Source of the DNA: Candidatus Pacearchaeota archaeon
GTDB taxonomy: Archaea > Nanobdellota > Nanobdellia > Pacearchaeales > JAPDKA01
DNA: 64,000 bases
Assembly (NCBI GenBank): GCA_038817835.1
Contig: JAWAZI010000001.1
Span: 44,948-108,947, forward strand
Direction: 5' to 3'
A program made the position numbers and the translations under genes. Shown one piece after another: positions 62,908 to 64,000 of this stretch (positions are counted from its first letter, which is position 1; the number at the start of each line of letters is the position of its first letter). Under the pieces are notes generated by a model. It ran no database searches, had not been told where the DNA came from, and saw only the letters and a list, made by a program, of their open reading frames with translations.

Positions 62908-64000
62908 TTAACCAGTATAAGATGTTATCTCTCTTTTTTCTGGTTGTTTTATCTTTTTTTCTATTTCCTTATATCTTTCCATTTCAGCTTTTGTTATACT
63001 TGGTTTTATTTTATTTAATGCAATTTCGAAATGCTTTAATTTAACTTCTTTTGCATTTTTATTTTCTCTCAATGCAGCTAAAGCAGCTTCTTTACATACT
63101 GCAGCAAGATCTGCACCACTATAACCATTTGTTCTTCTCGCTATTTCCTCTAAATTTACATCTTTTGCTAGAGGCATATTTCTTGTATGTATTTTTAAAA
63201 TTTCTAATCTTGCTTTCTCATCTGGTGGTCCAACAAAAATTAATTTATCAAATCTTCCTGGTCTTAGTAAAGCTGGATCTAAAATATCTGGCCTATTAGT
63301 AGCACCAATAACAACAATTCCTTTAATTTCTTGTAAACCATCCATCTCAGCAAGTAATTGATTTAACATTCTTTCTGTTGTTCTATTTATATCATATCCT
63401 CTTCTACTTGCTATAGCATCTATTTCATCAAAAAATATTATACAAGGAGCAACTTGTCGCGCTCTTTCAAAAACTTGTCTTATTCCTTTCTCACTTTCAC
63501 CAACCCACTTGCTAAGCAAACTTGGACCAGCAACATAAATAAAGTTAGCTTCACTTTCATTTGCTACAGCTTTAGCTAAAAGAGTTTTTCCTGTTCCAGA
63601 AGGACCATAAAGTAAAACACCTTTAGGAGGCTCTATACCTAATCTTGCAAAAGCTCCAGGCATCTTAAGAGGCCATTCTATTGCCTCTTTTAATGCTTGT
63701 TTTGCTTCTTCTAAGCCTCCTATATCTCTCCATTTTACATTTGGAGTCTCTACTAAAACTTCACGCATAGCACTTGGAACAACTACCCTTAAAGCATTTT
63801 GGAAATCTTTCATTGTTACTTGTAATTTTTCTAAAATTTCTGGAGAAAGAGTTTCTTCTTCAAGATTTATATTTGGTAAAACTCTTCTTAATGCAGCTAA
63901 AGCAGCTTCTTTACATAATGCAGCCAAATCTGCACCAACAAAACCATGAGTTATATCAGCAATTTTTTCTAAATTTACATCTTTTGCTAGAGGCATATTT
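62908..64000 (-). CDS. cdc48: CDC48/VCP-type AAA+ ATPase, 5-prime end beyond right window edge (end of D1, complete D2)
   Basis: Walker [14 protein letters not shown], Walker [33 protein letters not shown]. The frame stays open to position 64000. The track start at 63996 is an internal Met. Confidence 0.93.
   Translation of the reverse strand, partial: NMPLAKDVNLEKIADITHGFVGADLAALCKEAALAALRRVLPNINLEEETLSPEILEKLQVTMKDFQNALRVVVPSAMREVLVETPNVKWRDIGGLEEAKQALKEAIEWPLKMPGAFARLGIEPPKGVLLYGPSGTGKTLLAKAVANESEANFIYVAGPSLLSKWVGESEKGIRQVFERARQVAPCIIFFDEIDAIASRRGYDINRTTERMLNQLLAEMDGLQEIKGIVVIGATNRPDILDPALLRPGRFDKLIFVGPPDEKARLEILKIHTRNMPLAKDVNLEEIARRTNGYSGADLAAVCKEAALAALRENKNAKEVKLKHFEIALNKIKPSITKAEMERYKEIEKKIKQPEKREITSYTG

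Overview
Very AT-rich archaeal chromosome segment. Gene content points to a small-genome, DPANN-like archaeon: eL14, eL19, eL32, eL33, eS4, L10e, aEF-1alpha, aSUI1, Kae1, prefoldin, Rpp29, and a tRNA with a bulge-helix-bulge intron. All calls rest on by-eye motif recognition; no searches were run.

Layout:
- 1-3.2 kb: secreted, Cys-rich surface proteins.
- 3.3-6.1 kb: overlapping operon of ribose-1,5-bisphosphate isomerase-like, form III RuBisCO and HAD phosphatase genes.
- 6.4-10.8 kb: flavin reductase-like gene, two-gene 2-oxoacid:ferredoxin oxidoreductase, and a compact CooS-like Ni-CODH homolog.
- 10.8-11.9 kb: GAF-GGDEF diguanylate cyclase.
- 11.9-15.6 kb: prefoldin alpha, L14e, DUF106 insertase, three unknown membrane proteins, KamA-like radical SAM enzyme.
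- 15.8-19.6 kb: rearranged str-type cluster (S12, S7, unknown ORF, EF-1alpha, then S10, L10e and L35Ae on the opposite strand).
- 20.4-27.5 kb: IscU/IscS, tandem ThyX-like protein, kinase-dCMP deaminase fusion, PheRS beta and alpha.
- 27.6-36.7 kb: bacterial-type Lgt homolog, ferredoxin, Taw1, P-type ATPase, endonuclease V, PIMT.
- 36.7-42.7 kb: surface-protein island.
- 43-49.5 kb: MetRS, Obg-family GTPase, Kae1, Hsp20.
- 49.5-62.8 kb (minus strand): conserved archaeal ribosomal superoperon L3-L4-L23-L2-S19-L22-S3-L29-SUI1-Rpp29-S17-L14-L24-S4e-L5-S14-S8-L6-L32e-L19e-L18-S5-L30-L15-SecY.
- Right edge: a CDC48 gene truncated at its 5-prime end.

Seven tRNA genes stand out as GC-rich islands: Trp-CCA, Glu-CTC, Gln-CTG, Thr-GGT, Val-CAC, Glu-TTC, and an intron-containing Ile-TAT. 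I saw no rRNA, CRISPR array, transposase or integrase.

Most notable:
- Bacterial-type lipoprotein machinery in an archaeal context: Lgt, a possible Lit/DUF1461-like protein, and lipobox ORFs.
- The mini CooS coupled to the oxidoreductase.
- An archaeal GGDEF protein.
- A Kazal-like and TSP1-like Cys-rich surface protein.
- tRNA-Ile(UAU).
- A degenerate double-domain ThyX.
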